DNA from: an uncultured Chlorobiota bacterium
Lineage (GTDB): Bacteria > Bacteroidota > Ignavibacteria > UBA10030 > UBA6906
NCBI GenBank assembly: GCA_900696645.1
Contig: CAADGV010000043.1
Span: 66,848 to 130,847 of the forward strand
Direction of reading: 5' to 3'
Length of the DNA: 64,000 nucleotides
The notes below the pieces were generated by a model. That model was not told where the DNA came from. It did no database searches and was given only the letters and a program-made list of their open reading frames with translations. Below are positions 30,363 through 40,141 of this stretch, in pieces. The position numbers were made by a program, and so were the translations under genes. Within the stretch, counting starts at the first letter, position 1. Each line of letters starts with the position of its first letter.

Positions 30363-32615
30363 TTATGAAAATCGCTTCAATCTCAGCGAATTACTCACCA
30401 CACTCACCGAACTGAATGCCATTGCACCCGCGGCAATCATCGGATCCAACAGTCCGAAGGCCGCAAGGGGAATGCCGACAATGTTGTACACAAAAGCCCA
30501 GAAGAAATTCTGCTTGATTGTTCGCAATGTTGCCGATGACAACCGGATGGCGTCCACGATGCTCATCACATCGCCGCGCATCAACGTCACGTCGGCGGCT
30601 TCCATCGCAATGTCGGTTCCCGTGCCGATCGCGATGCCGACATCAGCCTGTGCCAGGGCCGGCGCATCGTTGATGCCATCACCAACCATTGCGACTGTGT
30701 TCCCGTTGGCTTTCAATTCCTGAACGTGCCGGGCTTTGTCTTGCGGCAGAACATCTGCTCTCACCCGATCTATCCCTGCCTGCCGTGCAATAGCCTGCGC
30801 CGTCCGCTCGTTATCGCCGGTGATCATCACAACCTCTAATCCCATCTGCTTCATCCGTTCGATTGCCTCACGAGATGTCGGTTTGATTGTGTCGGCAACG
30901 GCGATGATACCGGCGGGCTTCATATCGATTGCCACAAGAATCGGTGTCTTTCCCTCGGCGGCAAATCGGGCCAGCGCATCTTCTTTGCCGTTCAGATGAA
31001 CAGCATACTCTTTCAGAAGGGCGTGATTCCCGACGGCGACCGGCAATCCATCAATAACGCCGGCCACGCCGAATCCCGTCAGTGATTGGAATGCATCCGC
31101 CTCAACGGTCGGAATATTCCTCTTCTCTGCATACTCAACAATTGCCTGACCCAACGGATGCTCGGATTTTCGCTCGAGTGATGCGGCATGTTTCAATACC
31201 GTATCTTCATCAAATCCTTCGAACGCCATAACATCAGTCACGTTCGGCTTTCCCCCGGTAATTGTGCCCGTCTTATCGAGAACAATTGTATGAATCCGAT
31301 GTGCACGCTCGAGACTGTCGGCATTTTTGATAAGAATGCCGAGATTGGCGCCGCGCCCTGTCCCCACCATAATTGCTGTTGGCGTTGCAAGCCCGAGCGC
31401 ACACGGGCAGGCAATGATTAAGACGGCAATGAAATTCACGAGCGCAGAATTGAATCCTGCGTCAGTTGCAAAGTACCAGACAGCAAATGTCATGACTGCA
31501 ATGCCGATAACGATCGGAACAAAAACCGAAGCGATCTTATCGGCGAGATTCTGGATCGGAGCCTTCGAGCCCTGCGCCTCTTCAACAAGTCGGGCAATAT
31601 GAGCAAGCAGCGTGTCCTTGCCAACCGCCGAAGCCCGCATCGTGATGCTTCCGTTCTTGTTGATCGTTCCGCCGATTACCTTGCCGCCACTGCTTTTTTC
31701 GACGGGCATGCTTTCGCCCGTGACCATCGACTCATCAACTGTTGTCGTGCCGCTGAGAACGACGCCGTCAACAGGCATCTTCTCGCCGGGCCGAACGATC
31801 ACTTCGTCGCCAACAATAACATCCCTGATGGACACATCCCGTTCAACACCATCTCTCACTACTCGTGCTGTCTTCGGCTGTAATCTCATGAGCTTCCTGA
31901 TTGCGTCGGATGCCCTGCTCTTTGCCTTCGCCTCCAGAAGTTTTCCAAGAAGAATGAGTGTGATGATTGTCGCCGTTGTATCGAAGTAAACGTGCCCCTT
32001 GTGCCCTGCATGGCCCAACGCTTCGGGAAACAATACGGCAATCGCGCTGAACGCAAACGCGGCGCCTGTACCGACTGCAACAAGCGTGTTCATGTCTGCC
32101 GAGAAATGCTTGAGCGCCAACCAGAAACCTTTGAAAAATCGCTTTCCCGAAATGAACACTACGGGAGTAGTCAGAAGAAGCAACAGCTTGTTCGTTTGCT
32201 CAAGCGATAGCGGCGACCAGCTTGCGAATGACTCAAACATGCTTACCATGCTGATCAGCATAACAGGGACCGTGAGCAAGCCCGCGAGAAGCAACTCTTT
32301 CTTCAGTTGTCGCAGCGTCTCGTTCTCATAAGTCCCGACGTGATCGGGTTCTGTTGATTCTCCCTCCGGCAACACAAGCGAGTATCCTTCATCGGCAACA
32401 GCGGCACGGAGTTGTTCGACGTTCACTTTCGCCGGGTCAAACTCCACTTTGGCTTTTTCGCTTGCGAGGTTCACAGAGGCTTCCTGTACGCCGTCGACTT
32501 TCTTCAGCGCTTTCTCGACCCGCGTGACGCAACTCGCGCAGGTCATTCCCCGTACAGGCAGAGTCAGAGTTGCCATGTCCTGTCCGGCATGCCTGTCACT
32601 AATCACGGATTTCAT
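30363..32615 (-). CDS. copA: Cu(I)-exporting P1B-type ATPase
   Basis: GMTCASC, TGES, CPC, DKTGT, SEHP, GDGIND, YN and MAFSS. Confidence 0.97.
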   Translation of the reverse strand: MKSVISDRHAGQDMATLTLPVRGMTCASCVTRVEKALKKVDGVQEASVNLASEKAKVEFDPAKVNVEQLRAAVADEGYSLVLPEGESTEPDHVGTYENETLRQLKKELLLAGLLTVPVMLISMVSMFESFASWSPLSLEQTNKLLLLLTTPVVFISGKRFFKGFWLALKHFSADMNTLVAVGTGAAFAFSAIAVLFPEALGHAGHKGHVYFDTTATIITLILLGKLLEAKAKSRASDAIRKLMRLQPKTARVVRDGVERDVSIRDVIVGDEVIVRPGEKMPVDGVVLSGTTTVDESMVTGESMPVEKSSGGKVIGGTINKNGSITMRASAVGKDTLLAHIARLVEEAQGSKAPIQNLADKIASVFVPIVIGIAVMTFAVWYFATDAGFNSALVNFIAVLIIACPCALGLATPTAIMVGTGRGANLGILIKNADSLERAHRIHTIVLDKTGTITGGKPNVTDVMAFEGFDEDTVLKHAASLERKSEHPLGQAIVEYAEKRNIPTVEADAFQSLTGFGVAGVIDGLPVAVGNHALLKEYAVHLNGKEDALARFAAEGKTPILVAIDMKPAGIIAVADTIKPTSREAIERMKQMGLEVVMITGDNERTAQAIARQAGIDRVRADVLPQDKARHVQELKANGNTVAMVGDGINDAPALAQADVGIAIGTGTDIAMEAADVTLMRGDVMSIVDAIRLSSATLRTIKQNFFWAFVYNIVGIPLAAFGLLDPMIAAGAMAFSSVSVVSNSLRLKRFS

Positions 32616-32815
32616 GAAACGACCTTGTAACCTGCTTCGTCCACCGCACGCAGGAGATCGTTATGCGTGACCTTTGATTCGTCGTACGTGACGCGGGCGC
32701 TGCCGATTGTGACATCGTGAATTTCCACATTCTGCAATTTCCCAAGCTCCTTCGTCACACTCATCACACAATGGCCGCAGGACATGCCTTCGATTTTGAG
32801 TTCTACGGATTTCAT
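32612..32815 (-). CDS. copZ: Copper chaperone (HMA domain)
   Basis: GMSCGHC; ATGA overlap with copA. Confidence 0.93.
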   Translation of the reverse strand: MKSVELKIEGMSCGHCVMSVTKELGKLQNVEIHDVTIGSARVTYDESKVTHNDLLRAVDEAGYKVVS

Positions 32816-32929
32816 CAGTTGTTCCTATCAGGTTGATTGGTTTGTACGATACAAATATACAATCTGAAGGGAGGAAACTCCTTATAGAATTATGGAAGAA
32901 AGTTGCAAATACATCCCTCCCTCCTATCT

Positions 32930-32959
32930 CAAAAAGCAAAAAGCCCCCAAAGGGGGACT
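32930..32959 (-). terminator. Rho-independent terminator
   Basis: Minus strand AGTCCCCC-TTT-GGGGGCT followed by TTTTGCTTTT. Confidence 0.65.
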
Positions 32960-32986
32960 CCTTACTTGAGCAGAAAATGAGTTCGG

Positions 32987-34219
32987 CTACCTCACCACCA
33001 CCATCCGCCGTGTTTGCAACATCCCTCCCGTCGTCAATCTGTATAAATACACACCGCTCGCCAATCCTGAAGCATCGAACGAAACCGTGTACGACCCAGC
33101 GGGGCGTTCCTCGTTAACAAGCGTGGCCACCTCGCGGCCGAGCACATCATAAACTCGCAGATTCACCAATCCGTAATCTCCAATCCGAAATCCGATGTTC
33201 GTCACCGGATTAAACGGGTTCGGATAGTTCTGTTCGAGCGTAATCCGATCCGGCTGAACCTCCGGCTCACCTGTACCGGATGTGGGAAGCGTCTTGTACC
33301 ACAATCCGTCAAGCCGGGCAGAATACAGCCTGTTGCCGTGCACCGCCTGTGCATAGGAGAATGTTGTTTGCTCGACGAACGTCCAACTCATTCCGTCGGG
33401 TGATGAGTAAAACCGCGTCGCTGCAGCTTGTGCTACCCCGTAGAGATTGCTGCCGCCCGCTGTAAGATATATCTGCCTTCCTCCGGGCAAGCCTGAACTC
33501 GATGGCAGCCAGCTTGCGCCGCCATCGGTACTTCGGAAGACACCGTATGTACTCCCGGCAACCAGACCGCCACCAAACTCGACCATCGATGTAACAAGGA
33601 ACTCAAACCCTTGGAACGGAGCAACGAGAACGCCCGTCCAGTCTGTCGCGCCGGGCGGTGCGTACCAAACCCAGCCGCCGCCGCCTGCCCCCGCAACGAG
33701 TGTATCACCCTTTGTCCGTAGAAACCAAACACTGCCGGCAACGTTGCCCATCAGGTCTCCGAACGGAACCCACGTGTTCCCCTGAAGCCGAAACACTCCG
33801 GCTCCGCCCGTGCCCGCGTACAACATACCGTTTCGTTCAGCAAACGATGTAATATGATGACTACCGGGTCCGCTCAATCCCTGACTCAGCGCAGCCCACG
33901 ATCCGCCGTTGTCCGAGCTGACGAACACACCGTTGCCGCCCGTGCCTGCAAAAATTTTCCCGTCGAACACCGTCAATGCGTCGATGTACCACGGACTGCC
34001 GGGCAGAGTTGCGCTGCGAGACCACACTCCTCCGCCATCTGTGCTGATGTGCACGGCGGAATCCGTCGCTGCATAGATGGTATTTTCCCTCACAACAACC
34101 GAGGAAATATCCACTGCAGGCACGCCAACGACTTGCGTCCATTGCGCATTGCCGGCTACTGAGACAGCTACAAGCATGAGGGCTGTCAGAAATGCAATAG
34201 CACATTGCCTGAAATTCAT
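32987..34219 (-). CDS. T9SS-secreted BNR/Asp-box beta-propeller protein
   Basis: STDGG.W / SSDNGGSW repeats; [12 protein letters not shown]; start probably MNFRQ at 34219. Confidence 0.88.
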   Translation of the reverse strand: MNFRQCAIAFLTALMLVAVSVAGNAQWTQVVGVPAVDISSVVVRENTIYAATDSAVHISTDGGGVWSRSATLPGSPWYIDALTVFDGKIFAGTGGNGVFVSSDNGGSWAALSQGLSGPGSHHITSFAERNGMLYAGTGGAGVFRLQGNTWVPFGDLMGNVAGSVWFLRTKGDTLVAGAGGGGWVWYAPPGATDWTGVLVAPFQGFEFLVTSMVEFGGGLVAGSTYGVFRSTDGGASWLPSSSGLPGGRQIYLTAGGSNLYGVAQAAATRFYSSPDGMSWTFVEQTTFSYAQAVHGNRLYSARLDGLWYKTLPTSGTGEPEVQPDRITLEQNYPNPFNPVTNIGFRIGDYGLVNLRVYDVLGREVATLVNEERPAGSYTVSFDASGLASGVYLYRLTTGGMLQTRRMVVVR

Positions 34220-34355
34220 ATGTTGTTCACTCTTCATCTGATGCATTTATCAAGAGATATACGGATTCGGGAGAAGAATTCTCCCTACATAGATATGCAG
34301 GTACAACACCGTGAACAGAGCGAGGGTTTTGGAGATCGGATTCAGGAAGGAACAA

Positions 34356-34958
34356 TCAGCCCGGTATGACCTTATCCAACGGTTTCCGCATATTCGCCAT
34401 CAGCTTCTTGAATTCGCCGGGCGTCATGCCGGTGACTTTCTTAAATTGGTTGGAGAGATGCTGAACGCTGCTGTAACCGAGTTTGTAGGAGATTTCACTG
34501 AGAGTCAACTCGCCGTATTTCAGAAGCTCTTTCGCACGCTCGATACGTTGCAGAATAATATACTGCTCGATGGTGACATTCTCTATTGAAGAGAAAAGTG
34601 TACTGAGGGAATGATAGTCTTTGCCGACTTCATGCGCGATGTACTCGGAGTGTTTCAACCGCATCGGCTCTTGCTCGGCATCCCGCCGGACGAGTTTCAA
34701 CACCGCCTGCTTGATGTGTTCGATGGTTTTCGCCCGCTGGTCTTCGATCAACTCAAAACCGTTTTCCTCAAGAACCGGACGTATCACGCCGAGATCGACA
34801 GGCCCTGCAACCACAACTTCCCCCAAAACAATACTCCTGACATCAAATCCAAGTTTTTCCAATTCCTCCCCCACTACCTTGATGCAGCGGTTACACACCA
34901 TGTTTTTTATGTGGAGGGTAGTAGTAGAATCGGGCGACAATTTTCTCTCCGGTTGCAT
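34356..34958 (-). CDS. AraC-family regulator with N-terminal HMA-like metal-binding domain
   Basis: LHIKNMVCNRC; LSEISYKLGYSSVQHLSNQFKKVTG.TP. Confidence 0.92.
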   Translation of the reverse strand: MQPERKLSPDSTTTLHIKNMVCNRCIKVVGEELEKLGFDVRSIVLGEVVVAGPVDLGVIRPVLEENGFELIEDQRAKTIEHIKQAVLKLVRRDAEQEPMRLKHSEYIAHEVGKDYHSLSTLFSSIENVTIEQYIILQRIERAKELLKYGELTLSEISYKLGYSSVQHLSNQFKKVTGMTPGEFKKLMANMRKPLDKVIPG

Positions 34959-34977
34959 CTCGATTCCAATCCGATTG

Positions 34978-36123
34978 TTACTTCATCAACACGAATTTTT
35001 TCGTCTGTGAAAAGTTGCCGAGCCGGAGCCTGTAGAAATAGACGCCGGAGGCAAGCGACCCGGAAGCTGTGAATTGTACTGTATGCTCACCCGCCGATTG
35101 ATTCTCATTGACCAGGACAGCAACTTCTTTTCCGTCTGCGGAATAGACTTTCAAAGAAACCGTTCCGCCAACCGGCAACCGGTAAGATATCGTTGTGGAA
35201 GGGTTGAAGGGATTAGGATAGTTCTGCGATAGCGAAAACTCCGAAGGAACCGTGGCAACAGCAGGCAATACGCCTGTCGTCGAAATCAGTCCGGCATCAA
35301 TCCAGGCCGAATACCAAAGTGATGCAAGACTTTCCGTTGCGCGCTGCACCTGCTCAAGCGTAATGCCCCTCGTCTTCAGCCACAGTGCATTGTAGTACGA
35401 GGCAGGAGCTGTGCCGCTTCCGTTCCAACCTGAAACAATCTTCGCGTACGTGTCGGCCTGCAACACCGTGTCAACGTAGCTGTTGGTGTGAATGATATAG
35501 TCGAAAATGTAATTGATCCGGTCGGCAATGTAGTAGGTCGTGTCAGGCGTGAGAGTAAGATGTGAAAGATAGTACGTCGGGCTGAGCATCGTCGATTCGT
35601 AGCGCGAATGAATGCCGTAGTTGTTCGTGTACTGTCCGTTGTAGTTGCGTGTATTGTGCAGCGGCTGATGCGCATCGCCGACATAATGCCCGAGATCGGA
35701 AGCGGTGAGCTTGGCCTGATTCCAGTCGCCGCGGCTGAGCTGGGCAACGAGTGAATCGTAATTCCAAACTGTTGCCCAAGGATTCGTGCCGTTGGCTTTG
35801 ACCCTCTCCCATCCATATTGCATGATGAGCGTGTCAAGACTTCTGGTCAGATTGTGAAAATTGGGGTAGTCGTCAATATCCATGAAATGCCGGGGGCGTT
35901 CGGCATACAGGCTCGTGTCACCGTAATCGACGCGAACATCGGCGTCATGCGCGTGTGCAGCGAAAAAGGAACTGTCCTGGATGAACAGCATCATCCGGTT
36001 GGGAAGATGATACACGACAGTACGATTGATAAACCGGTGTGTATTCCAGCCCCACCCTGAGGCCTCTAAAAACATAACACATACAGCAAGAAGGAGTGCC
36101 GCAGGCAGAATCAGTCTTCTCAT
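34978..36123 (-). CDS. T9SS-secreted S1/P1 nuclease / phospholipase C-fold zinc enzyme
   Basis: Mature N-terminus WGWNTH, RHFMDID, GHYVGDAHQPLH, GIHSRYE; T9SS CTD. Confidence 0.88.
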   Translation of the reverse strand: MRRLILPAALLLAVCVMFLEASGWGWNTHRFINRTVVYHLPNRMMLFIQDSSFFAAHAHDADVRVDYGDTSLYAERPRHFMDIDDYPNFHNLTRSLDTLIMQYGWERVKANGTNPWATVWNYDSLVAQLSRGDWNQAKLTASDLGHYVGDAHQPLHNTRNYNGQYTNNYGIHSRYESTMLSPTYYLSHLTLTPDTTYYIADRINYIFDYIIHTNSYVDTVLQADTYAKIVSGWNGSGTAPASYYNALWLKTRGITLEQVQRATESLASLWYSAWIDAGLISTTGVLPAVATVPSEFSLSQNYPNPFNPSTTISYRLPVGGTVSLKVYSADGKEVAVLVNENQSAGEHTVQFTASGSLASGVYFYRLRLGNFSQTKKFVLMK

Positions 36124-36257
36124 GCTTTTTTTGCTGTTGAAGGTGATAATTGTGATGATTGATTGCATTCAATATACGCTGTCAGGCAGGGAGTTGCAAT
36201 CAGTTTGGCACGGGCAGGGCCTTTTGCAGGTTCTCGCCTTCTTTCCTATATTCGACC

Positions 36258-36836
36258 ATGCCTCGCCTTACACTCGATGAAATCAAAACCCTGCTCACGG
36301 CAACAAATGACACTCCCCGCAAGTCATTTTCCATCGAGGGCTATTCACGCGCGGCCGTTCTTGTTCCCCTTATTCTGACCGGGAACTCTTTCGACCTGCT
36401 GTTCACAAAGCGGACTGAATCGGTTGAAACGCATAAGGGGCAGATTTCATTTCCGGGAGGGATGGTTGATGCGGCGGATCGCGATGTTTTCCATACGGCG
36501 CTTCGCGAAGCCCACGAGGAGATCGGGCTGACTGATTCATGTATTGAGATTGTCGGAATACTCGATGATATGGCAACTCCAACAGGCTTTGTCATAACCC
36601 CGATTGTGGGTGTTATTCAGGAGTTGCCTGAACTTGCCCCGAACAATGAGGAAGTGGCGGAAGTGTTTCGTGTGGGATTGGATTTCTTCTCCCAGCCGTC
36701 GAGTGGGCGAACCGAACTGCGGGAGTTTCACGGACGCAAGCACGAGGTCTGGTACTACGACTGGCAAGACAAGGTGATCTGGGGCGCCACTGCCATGATG
36801 ATCCGGTCGCTACTCAAGAAGCTGAAACTTGCCTAA
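36258..36836 (+). CDS. Nudix CoA pyrophosphatase (NudL/PCD1 family)
   Basis: AAVLVPL, HKGQISFPGG, ALREAHEEIGL, IWGATA. Confidence 0.93.
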   Translation: MPRLTLDEIKTLLTATNDTPRKSFSIEGYSRAAVLVPLILTGNSFDLLFTKRTESVETHKGQISFPGGMVDAADRDVFHTALREAHEEIGLTDSCIEIVGILDDMATPTGFVITPIVGVIQELPELAPNNEEVAEVFRVGLDFFSQPSSGRTELREFHGRKHEVWYYDWQDKVIWGATAMMIRSLLKKLKLA

Positions 36837-37432
36837 ACTGCAAGCGCAAACTCAGGTGTCTCGAAGCTCTCCCCTGTTTCATAGCCGATGTTTTTGGCGT
36901 ATTCCTTCAGGTTACTGTACAGAATGCTTCTCGCTCTGTGAAGGCGTGAACGGACCGTGCCGATGGGGATATCGAGAACTTCGGCGATTTCTTCGTAGGG
37001 CATATCTTCAAGATCCCTTAATACAATCACGCTCTTGAATTTCTCAGGCAACGCCGATATTGCCCCGGACACCTCGTCACCGAGCATCTGATGTTCAACG
37101 CGGTCGCGCAAGTCGTTCGAATACTGCATGTCGTGCCGCACGAATTGGTACGGGGAAATCTGCTCGTCATACTCCACAATTTCGGGCTGGCGCTTCACGC
37201 GCCGGTATTCGTTGATGAATGTATTTCGCATAATGCGATAGAGCCACGCCTTCGCATTGGTGCCCTCTTCAAACTTGTCAAAGAAACGGTACGCCTTCAT
37301 AAAGGTCTCTTGGAGGAGGTCGCTCGCGTCGTCAGCCGATCCGGTCAAGTAATAGCCGTAGTTGTACAGCATATCGGAGTATGGGAGCATAATATCCTTG
37401 AATTTCGAGTGTTTTTCGAAGTTTGTGCTCAT
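36833..37432 (-). CDS. ECF RNA polymerase sigma factor
   Basis: DASDLLQETF, GTNAKAWLYRI, YEEIAEVLDIPIGTVRSRLHRAR. Confidence 0.95.
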   Translation of the reverse strand: MSTNFEKHSKFKDIMLPYSDMLYNYGYYLTGSADDASDLLQETFMKAYRFFDKFEEGTNAKAWLYRIMRNTFINEYRRVKRQPEIVEYDEQISPYQFVRHDMQYSNDLRDRVEHQMLGDEVSGAISALPEKFKSVIVLRDLEDMPYEEIAEVLDIPIGTVRSRLHRARSILYSNLKEYAKNIGYETGESFETPEFALAV

Positions 37433-37465
37433 TTATGAATCCTCCTACCTTTGATTGTACAGTAA

Positions 37466-37525
37466 TTCGTATTAATCGTTATGTTCGTTATGTACGATTA
37501 TACGAAACGATAAGCTGATTGTCAA
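37466..37525 (-). promoter_or_regulatory. Perfect-consensus sigma70 promoter with overlapping palindrome and direct repeats
   Basis: Minus strand TTGACA (37525-37520), 17 nt, TATAAT (37502-37497). Confidence 0.85.
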
Positions 37526-37624
37526 GATGTAGAAAGTGAATTCTTATTAATGATCAGTGGCGGGCTGAAAAGTTCACTACATAGGTTGGCAGTACACGCT
37601 TAGAATGTTCAGCTCAAAGGGTGG

Positions 37625-40057
37625 CTATTTGGAATTCTCTCTACGACCAAACTCATCGAGCGCAGATTCGATTTCGAGTTTCACATCGTCGTCCGTCTCT
37701 TGTTGCATGCGCCTCTGTAAGGCAGCCAGAGCGTCGCTTCCCCTCCACATACCGAGAATGCGGACAGCATTTTTACGGATAGAAGGATTGAAGTCGGCCG
37801 AAAGCCGGATGACAGCGGTGCGCGCATCAGAAGAGCCTTCACCGACATTACGCAGAATATCCAGCGCTAGCCCGCGAATATCTGCGGCATTTCCGGGTTC
37901 GACATACTTGATAGCATACGGAATGGCACCCGGCTCCTGAATGCTGCTGAACGCCTGAAACGCCGCGCGGCGCAGAATATCCCGATGCGAATCGAGATCA
38001 ACATACTCGCGGGCAATGCTGAACACATTGGCAGAATCAATCTCGGCCAGAACATTCAAACACGAAGCCTGAACAACGTAGCTTGAGTCGCGGGCAAGAG
38101 CGTGCTTGACAAAATCAACAACATCTGCTGAAGCGTGTTTGTCCAAGGCAACAATAGCAGCGTTGCGTACAGCGGACTTGGTGTCGTTGTAGATTTGAAA
38201 CATCGCGTCTTTGATTCCAGGAAGCGTCATGATGCCAAGATAGATAGCCGCTTCACGGCGTACAGCCCAAAAGCGATCATTCAATGCCGCATCCTTCAGA
38301 GCGGAAAATACTTCCTCATCATCGGGGTACGGTCTCAACTGCCGAGCTGCAGAGATTCTATCTGTAATGTCCACAGCATTGCGAAGTTGGTAGATAATTT
38401 CGTCTTTCGACTTCTCGAACTTCAGCTCCTTCAGTACTTTCATTCCCCTGTCCGGAATGATCATGAGAGGCTTTTCGCTCAGCGGAATGGTAACCTGTTC
38501 CTCCGCTTTCGAGACCAACACTCGTGTCAGGGTTTTGCCGGAGGATGTTGTACATTCAATATCAAGCGGAAACCGGAAGAGACCGGCGAGGCTGTCGATA
38601 GTCTGCGTCTGTCGAATTGTAAGGAGAAGGGTTGCCGCGTTCTCGTCATACGACGATGTGATTTCCAGCCGGGGATATCCGGCTTTGAACACCCACTGGT
38701 CGAAAAACCAATCCATGTTCTGCCCCGTCGCATCTTCCACGGCCTTCATGAGATCATACGTACTGACGCTTGTGAAGGCATTGCGCTGCAAATAGCAATG
38801 TATTGCCCGGTGGTATTCTTCCTCGCCAAGAATGTTGTGCAGCATATACAGAACCCACGCCCCCTTCGAGTACAGGTTCCCGGGAAAACTGTTGCCGCTG
38901 ACAATCGGCCTGCGGCCTTCGCGCTGCTCAAGAGAGACAATGCCGGCGGCCTGCTCCATAAGGCTGTGTTGGAATGCATCAAATCCGGAAGCATATTGCT
39001 TGTACAGAGCCTCGTAGTAATTTGCAAACCCTTCGTTCAACCAGAGTTCCGACCAGTCACGGCAAGTAACCAAATCGCCGAACCACTGGTGCGCAAGTTC
39101 ATGGGCAACGACATCAGCAGCGGTGAAATCCAGCATACCCCGCCTGTCAATGAGATACGAAGTGTTCAACGTAACCGCCGTCGTATTCTCCATCCCTCCC
39201 CACATGAAATCATCGATAAAAATCTGGGCGAACTTCTCCCACGGATACGCGTATCCTGTCACATGCTCAAAATACTTCATGATGCCGGCTGTTGCAGAAA
39301 GACTGCGAACACCGTCTTCAGCCCTCTCCTTGTACACGTAATACTCAAGCGGGATATTCCTGTATTTCTCGGTAACGATTTCGTACTCCCCGGCGGCAAT
39401 CATGACGAGATATGCAACATGCGGCTTTGCTTGAGACCAGTGAAACGTCTTCGTCTTGTTCTTCTTGTCGTGCCGGACACTTACGAGTCTGCCATTGGAA
39501 AGGAGCGACCACGAATCCCGGACTGTAGCAAACACCTCCGATGTTGCCCTGTCATTCGGGAAATCCCAACAGGGAAACCAATACCTGTTGTCCATATCCT
39601 CGCCCTGCGTCCAGATCTGGGCTTTGCGTCGCGGGTTTGTGCTGTCGGGAGAAAGGAAATGCATCCCCCTTTTCGGCGTGGCGGAATACGTAACGGAGAG
39701 AGTGACCGTATCTCCAAAGCCGTATGAACGATCAAGATGGATGGCGAGTTGTTTTCCCGAATTGACGAACTGAAGATTTTTCCTCCCTTTAAGAACTACA
39801 CTTTTTACATCCAGCTCCACGGCATGTAACGTGCATGCGCTCAAGCTGCTTTTCAGCGGAATGAATGAAATTGTCGTCGTGCCGGAGACTTTCTTCTTCT
39901 CCTCTTCGAACGAGACTTCAATTCTGTAGTGCAGAACATCATACTCCCTGCTTGGCCGAGCCATGTCCCGTGAACCGAACAGGGATCCTGCAGCTGCAAT
40001 GAGTGGAATAGTGAAGAGAAGGCCGATGGCCGCAAGGAGGATTCGCCGATTAATCAT
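37625..40057 (-). CDS. M1 aminopeptidase with C-terminal HEAT repeats
   Basis: GGMEN, HELAHQWFG...WLNEGFA, YSKG; HEAT-like tail; signal peptide. Confidence 0.95.
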   Translation of the reverse strand: MINRRILLAAIGLLFTIPLIAAAGSLFGSRDMARPSREYDVLHYRIEVSFEEEKKKVSGTTTISFIPLKSSLSACTLHAVELDVKSVVLKGRKNLQFVNSGKQLAIHLDRSYGFGDTVTLSVTYSATPKRGMHFLSPDSTNPRRKAQIWTQGEDMDNRYWFPCWDFPNDRATSEVFATVRDSWSLLSNGRLVSVRHDKKNKTKTFHWSQAKPHVAYLVMIAAGEYEIVTEKYRNIPLEYYVYKERAEDGVRSLSATAGIMKYFEHVTGYAYPWEKFAQIFIDDFMWGGMENTTAVTLNTSYLIDRRGMLDFTAADVVAHELAHQWFGDLVTCRDWSELWLNEGFANYYEALYKQYASGFDAFQHSLMEQAAGIVSLEQREGRRPIVSGNSFPGNLYSKGAWVLYMLHNILGEEEYHRAIHCYLQRNAFTSVSTYDLMKAVEDATGQNMDWFFDQWVFKAGYPRLEITSSYDENAATLLLTIRQTQTIDSLAGLFRFPLDIECTTSSGKTLTRVLVSKAEEQVTIPLSEKPLMIIPDRGMKVLKELKFEKSKDEIIYQLRNAVDITDRISAARQLRPYPDDEEVFSALKDAALNDRFWAVRREAAIYLGIMTLPGIKDAMFQIYNDTKSAVRNAAIVALDKHASADVVDFVKHALARDSSYVVQASCLNVLAEIDSANVFSIAREYVDLDSHRDILRRAAFQAFSSIQEPGAIPYAIKYVEPGNAADIRGLALDILRNVGEGSSDARTAVIRLSADFNPSIRKNAVRILGMWRGSDALAALQRRMQQETDDDVKLEIESALDEFGRRENSK

Positions 40058-40081
40058 GAAGATTTGTATCTAGATATGTAC

Positions 40082-40118
40082 AAAAAACGACGCCGCCCCG
40101 TAAGAACGGAACGGCGTA
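40082..40118 (-). terminator. Rho-independent terminator after the TPR gene
   Basis: Minus strand ACGCCGTTCCG-TTCTTA-CGGGGCGGCGT then CGTTTTTT. Confidence 0.75.
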
Positions 40119-40141
40119 CACGTGTCAAAGTGAAACACCAC

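Noticed and set aside
38135..39727. 530-aa + strand ORF, and similar long antisense ORFs (7392-8267, 21850-22686, 25765-26628, 60160-61098)
   Set aside because: Shadows of well-supported minus-strand genes with no recognisable motifs
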